From IMG/VR virus record IMGVR_UViG_3300022744_000020, positions 206,384 to 270,383 of that record: a DNA stretch of 64,000 bases; one strand, given 5' to 3'. Position 1 is the stretch's first letter; each line of letters begins with the position of its first letter. The position numbers and the translations under genes are program-made. Under the pieces are notes generated by a model. The model saw only the letters and a list, made by a program, of their open reading frames with translations, had not been told where the DNA came from and did no database searches. Below are positions 59,924 to 64,000 of this stretch, one piece after another.

Positions 59924-62857
59924 ATGTCTGATACCAATTCTACCGCTCGCGGTCTGACTCGTTACTTCACTGCAATTGATGATGCTGCATTCCAATCAAC
60001 CACTCCATCTGCAGAACAACCATCTCTGCAAGATCGACTGAATGCGGTCAGTGAGCCGATACACAGTGTTCGGTTTATCACTCAGGCACCAGACTTCGAG
60101 AAGATAGAACTTCCCACCCTCAATGCTGAGGAAATCTCAACACTCCCTCAGTACACGAATTCTCAGTTGATTCTGACTGGCGTGAAGAGAACAGACCGGG
60201 GTATCGAAGTCGCCTATTCTTCACCTACCGATTTACAAAAGACGGAGATGACTTCTACAGATGGGGAAGGCGGAGTGAAGTGGGACTATGTCACAACACC
60301 CAATGCCGTTAGGGTTAGTCCACTCACGAATTGTCTCCACGATGATGGTCAACCTAGAGCACCATTCCAAGCTGATGAGATCAAAAATTCGGGCCATCTA
60401 CAAGAGAACCTCGAGAGCCCCTACGCAGATGTCGTCGAGACTACTTCCTTGCCGATTCTCAGCGTTCCTGAAGACAAGGTAGAGTTTTTTCGTGGCGTCT
60501 TGAAGAAGATGGCTGAGTCTTCTCCGGTCCCCTTTCCTGAGTTTTACCCAGTTAGCGATCCAAGTCTGATGCCGTCGTCGGGATCTCCTGTGAACATGGA
60601 AGTTAGTTTCGACTATACACCCATCATTGGCCAGGCCGATTACGAAGCGGCAAAGTTGGTGGGACAAACGTTGGAAGCCACGGAAGCAGCCGACTTTCGA
60701 AACATATGGGCGTCGGACTACCGCCCATCTCTTATTGTCCGTAACCCGTTGGACAAAGACGGTAATCCCGTCGGAGGTCTTGTTCTTCACCCTCAGGCTC
60801 AAGGGGTCTCCACAAGCATTCTCACTCCTGAAGAAGCACGACTAGGGTGGTCACACTCAGTTCCAGTACAAGTATCGATAGAGTCCGAAGAGAATACCCC
60901 TCGCGTAGAAACACCTCAAGAGTCAGGGGATCAGTCCATCCAAAGAGCTTATTCGAGCACTACGATAACACGAGGCATTTCCGATCTGGAAAAGACAGGT
61001 CCCGAAGAACCCGCTCTTCCCATATCGGATTCGACAGAAGCCAGTCCTTTTGCACAAAGAGCGATAAAGATCATAGAGGGTTTGGAATCCGAACTGACAA
61101 CGTTCGTTGGACGACTCAAAGAGATCGTACCGAATTCTAGAGATGCGCTGTATGCTGTACAGCGCGATCCTTATCTCCGACCTGCAACTCTGACTCAAGA
61201 AGAGATGGATTCGATCAAAATCCCAGACCTGACGACGCGCTGGACCCTACTACCGGACGGTGAAACAGTAGTAGGGGTAAAGAACACCCAACCCACTCAA
61301 TCTACCGAGGAATCAGCCATGACACAGCAAGACATCCAAAACGAAACCCCGGAAGAAAACCAACCGCTTCATTCGGGAAATTTCGGGTACGTCATCGATC
61401 TGGATCCGTCTGGAAGCCTTACGGCGACCTCTCCCTCGGATCAACTGGTGGTCAAATGCCGCAATGAGCCCACCTCCATCATCAAGTTGGATGTTCCGGA
61501 GAACCAAACCCAACCAGTGGAGGTGGAAAAAGCCTGGAGCGTTGATTGGGGCAATAAGACGGAAGTTACTCAAGGATCGGCTCTCGAGGAAGTCTTTGCC
61601 AAAACAGCCATCTCGGCAAACTATCCGAAATTCGATCCGGTCGCGTCGGCCAAATTTCTCGAGGAAATTTCTCAAGAAGGTCCGTTCATCACGAGGGTCG
61701 AAGACCTTCACTACAATCCCCACGAAAAACCCACCGTCTACGAAATCGATGCCCGAGACCAGGAAGAGCCTGTCGTCATCGAAGTGGGCGCAGTACCCGA
61801 AATACAAGAGCTGACGACCTGGGCGGAAACTGCCCCTCCGAAAGGTCCGGATTGGGAAGCCTATCTGAATGCAACAGAGAAGACGTGGCGTGTCGACGGA
61901 ATCATTCTGGGTCAGATTTACACGAAACATAGCGATCCGGCGGTTTGGGACTATCTGCGTAAATCGATCCACAACACGCATGCCCCAAGTGACATGAAGG
62001 TGGGACATTCCCCGATCACTGAAGAGGCGGCGGAAAAGTTCCTGAAGTCGTACAAGATCACCGCAGGAATGGATCAGCGCAAGCTCAGACAGCTCTACCG
62101 TCCTGTAACTGGTGGTTATTACCCGAACGTGGTTTACACGACCCCGATCGAGTCGGTCACTCACGTTATCCACAACTTCCGCCGTGAGGGAGATTTCCTA
62201 ATCGGAGATCTGGTCTGTTTCAGTCAAGAGTGGTACGACCACTATCTCGAAGATCCTATTCGGGCACTGTGCTCTCGCAGCTTTCTCACGATCGATGCCG
62301 ATCGATCACGTCCCCGAAGCCAGGAACTTCTGACGTGGGATCTCCAATCGGTCAAAGAAGAAAACATCAAGCGCCGGAAAGTCTGGGTGCAATTGGGCAA
62401 GGTCATTCCGGACTCGGTGGTGGCGGACAACGACTCCTGGGAAGCGCTTAGTGAGAACGATCGCGATTGGTCCATGCAAGTGCTGGAAAAGAAACAACCC
62501 ACGCTTCTCCTGCAAAGTTCCGCAATGCATCTCCTGCAGAGAAAAGAGCCTCTCGTCGGAGGAGTTTCTTCAAAGGTTCGGGCCCGCGTGGATGCGGCGC
62601 AAACTCAAGAACAGAAGAACGCTGAATTTCTGTTGACCCCTTTCAATGAAGCCGTTCTTTACATTGAAAAGTTCCAACTGGACGGCGATCAGCTCTGGGG
62701 GAGGGTCCTCTGTGATACACTGGAGATGGCTGAAGATGTCTACAAAAACGGACTCGATACCATGCGATTCCGTGGTTTGATGAAGTACCACTCGGAGACC
62801 AGCCGACCGGAATGGCAGACGGTCATTGCGTGGGATTATCGTCCGCGCATCGGGTAA
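59924..62857 (+). CDS. Large acidic protein with two C-terminal prohead-protease-like domains
   Basis: AGGAG RBS before ATG 59924; low-complexity acidic N-terminus; tandem domains ending LLTWDL and VIAWDY. Confidence 0.7.
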   Translation: MSDTNSTARGLTRYFTAIDDAAFQSTTPSAEQPSLQDRLNAVSEPIHSVRFITQAPDFEKIELPTLNAEEISTLPQYTNSQLILTGVKRTDRGIEVAYSSPTDLQKTEMTSTDGEGGVKWDYVTTPNAVRVSPLTNCLHDDGQPRAPFQADEIKNSGHLQENLESPYADVVETTSLPILSVPEDKVEFFRGVLKKMAESSPVPFPEFYPVSDPSLMPSSGSPVNMEVSFDYTPIIGQADYEAAKLVGQTLEATEAADFRNIWASDYRPSLIVRNPLDKDGNPVGGLVLHPQAQGVSTSILTPEEARLGWSHSVPVQVSIESEENTPRVETPQESGDQSIQRAYSSTTITRGISDLEKTGPEEPALPISDSTEASPFAQRAIKIIEGLESELTTFVGRLKEIVPNSRDALYAVQRDPYLRPATLTQEEMDSIKIPDLTTRWTLLPDGETVVGVKNTQPTQSTEESAMTQQDIQNETPEENQPLHSGNFGYVIDLDPSGSLTATSPSDQLVVKCRNEPTSIIKLDVPENQTQPVEVEKAWSVDWGNKTEVTQGSALEEVFAKTAISANYPKFDPVASAKFLEEISQEGPFITRVEDLHYNPHEKPTVYEIDARDQEEPVVIEVGAVPEIQELTTWAETAPPKGPDWEAYLNATEKTWRVDGIILGQIYTKHSDPAVWDYLRKSIHNTHAPSDMKVGHSPITEEAAEKFLKSYKITAGMDQRKLRQLYRPVTGGYYPNVVYTTPIESVTHVIHNFRREGDFLIGDLVCFSQEWYDHYLEDPIRALCSRSFLTIDADRSRPRSQELLTWDLQSVKEENIKRRKVWVQLGKVIPDSVVADNDSWEALSENDRDWSMQVLEKKQPTLLLQSSAMHLLQRKEPLVGGVSSKVRARVDAAQTQEQKNAEFLLTPFNEAVLYIEKFQLDGDQLWGRVLCDTLEMAEDVYKNGLDTMRFRGLMKYHSETSRPEWQTVIAWDYRPRIG

Positions 62858-62896
62858 GACCTAGACTCGTCGCCTGAATGCAGTTCAGCAGGAGCA

Positions 62897-62904
62897 TACA
62901 TCAT
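62897..62904 (+). promoter_or_regulatory. Early promoter core (TACATCAT) inside an inverted repeat
   Basis: Recurring motif. Confidence 0.55.
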
Positions 62905-62990
62905 CTTCCTGCTGAACCTCCATCTTTCCTTCTCCCATTCAGTATCCGAAAATCGATTGATTTTCAAAGATACGCTACCTGGCTACCATC

Positions 62991-63284
62991 ATGACTACCC
63001 GTACAAACACTGAACTCACTGCTTCCATTGCATCCCGCATCGCAAATGTTTTGAATTTGCTCCATCGTCACGATGATTTTGAAAAAGAAGACGACCTCGT
63101 CGGTGCTGAAAGCTACCTGTGCTTGGTGGTTCTGGTAAAACAAGTATCCGAGGAAAATCGTGAGCCTTTGATTGAGGCTCTGAAAGTACACGGATACTGC
63201 TTGAATTACAAAGCCAAGATCGGTACCCGTGAAGGTATTGACATTGTTCATCTGACTTCTGGACTTTCTGTTTTTCCGGATTAA
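62991..63284 (+). CDS. Hypothetical protein
   Basis: ORF followed by long hairpin at 63301-63338. Confidence 0.7.
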   Translation: MTTRTNTELTASIASRIANVLNLLHRHDDFEKEDDLVGAESYLCLVVLVKQVSEENREPLIEALKVHGYCLNYKAKIGTREGIDIVHLTSGLSVFPD

Positions 63285-63367
63285 ACGCGTCAATCCTCAA
63301 TACTGCACTACAGCCATTCAAATGGCTGTAGTGCAGTAAGTTTTCTTATTCCATTTTTTTATAGTCA

Positions 63368-63375
63368 TATATCCT
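63368..63375 (+). promoter_or_regulatory. Early promoter core (TATATCCT)
   Basis: Variant of the recurring motif. Confidence 0.55.
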
Positions 63376-63443
63376 CTCCATGAATCGAAGACATACCGTC
63401 TTTGATCACTGCCCGCAACCACTCCCGAGAAAGGGAAATCACC

Positions 63444-63755
63444 ATGGCAAAGAACCTGAAAGATTTGACCGAAGCCAAAGAACAAATCGAAGAAGAGCTG
63501 GCAAAGATTGCCAAAGAGATTGCTTTGCAAGAAGATCTCATCACGCGTGAGAGTCGATTCGAGGAACTCCAAGAAGAATTCTTGGAGTATATGGAGTTGG
63601 TGGAAACGCACCGCAAGGCGCATCGAGCCGGGTTATGGGATCATCCCTATGACGTGGCTAATGCCATGATCGGCAAGCTCGGAAACACCCCACTTACGCG
63701 CCAGCTCGATGCGCTCGAACATCTCCTTGCCGAACTTTCGGTTCTGCTGACGTAA
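63444..63755 (+). CDS. Hypothetical coiled-coil protein
   Basis: AAAGGGA RBS; terminator downstream. Confidence 0.75.
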   Translation: MAKNLKDLTEAKEQIEEELAKIAKEIALQEDLITRESRFEELQEEFLEYMELVETHRKAHRAGLWDHPYDVANAMIGKLGNTPLTRQLDALEHLLAELSVLLT

Positions 63756-63886
63756 GTCAGCGCTTCGCGCAACCGGGTAACCCCTGGTTGCGCGAAGCTT
63801 ATTTTTTTGTTTCCGAGAATAATGCAATCATACATTATTCTCAAGACACCCCACACTTTCTGCGCAATACCGAGGATGCAATAAAA

Positions 63887-64000
63887 ATGAACTCTTCACA
63901 AACCGCAGCGTCTCAGATTCACGTCTTCTATCAGCCTGCTCCGTCGTTATATCACATTCAAAGATCAAGCCCTAATGCGAAGGCCCACCGCCCTGCTGCC
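63887..64000 (+). CDS. Partial hypothetical protein
   Basis: Promoter core at 63831, GAGG RBS, open to window end. Confidence 0.5.
   Translation, partial: MNSSQTAASQIHVFYQPAPSLYHIQRSSPNAKAHRPAA

Overview
A 64-kb segment of a phiKZ-like (Chimalliviridae-type) jumbo phage genome. The dCTP deaminase style and the GC-rich codon usage of highly expressed genes suggest a betaproteobacterial host (inference). Core markers are a DnaB-like helicase / small gene / 740-aa major capsid protein block (phiKZ gp118-119-120 synteny), a SNF2 helicase with a class-3 intein, an NAD+-dependent DNA ligase, DHFR, an intein-split dCTP deaminase, three lytic transglycosylases and two minus-strand tail-fibre modules. 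Most of the plus strand is early accessory genes behind a recurring phiKZ-type early promoter (YAYATYAY), separated by long hairpin terminators. The features least explained by protein annotation are non-coding: a ~525-nt multi-helix RNA candidate (39561-40086), a ~235-nt structured RNA candidate (32770-33005), and an atypical tRNA-like RNA with an Arg UCU anticodon, 8/4 acceptor/T arrangement and no normal D-arm (33326-33413), next to an AlaRS-fragment-like gene. Other notable items are a phosphatase / PspA-like / TAXI envelope operon, a membrane-domain-endolysin fusion, an ADP-ribose toolkit, a six-repeat giant protein and tandem prohead-protease-like domains. All calls come from reading motifs by eye; no searches or folding programs were run.
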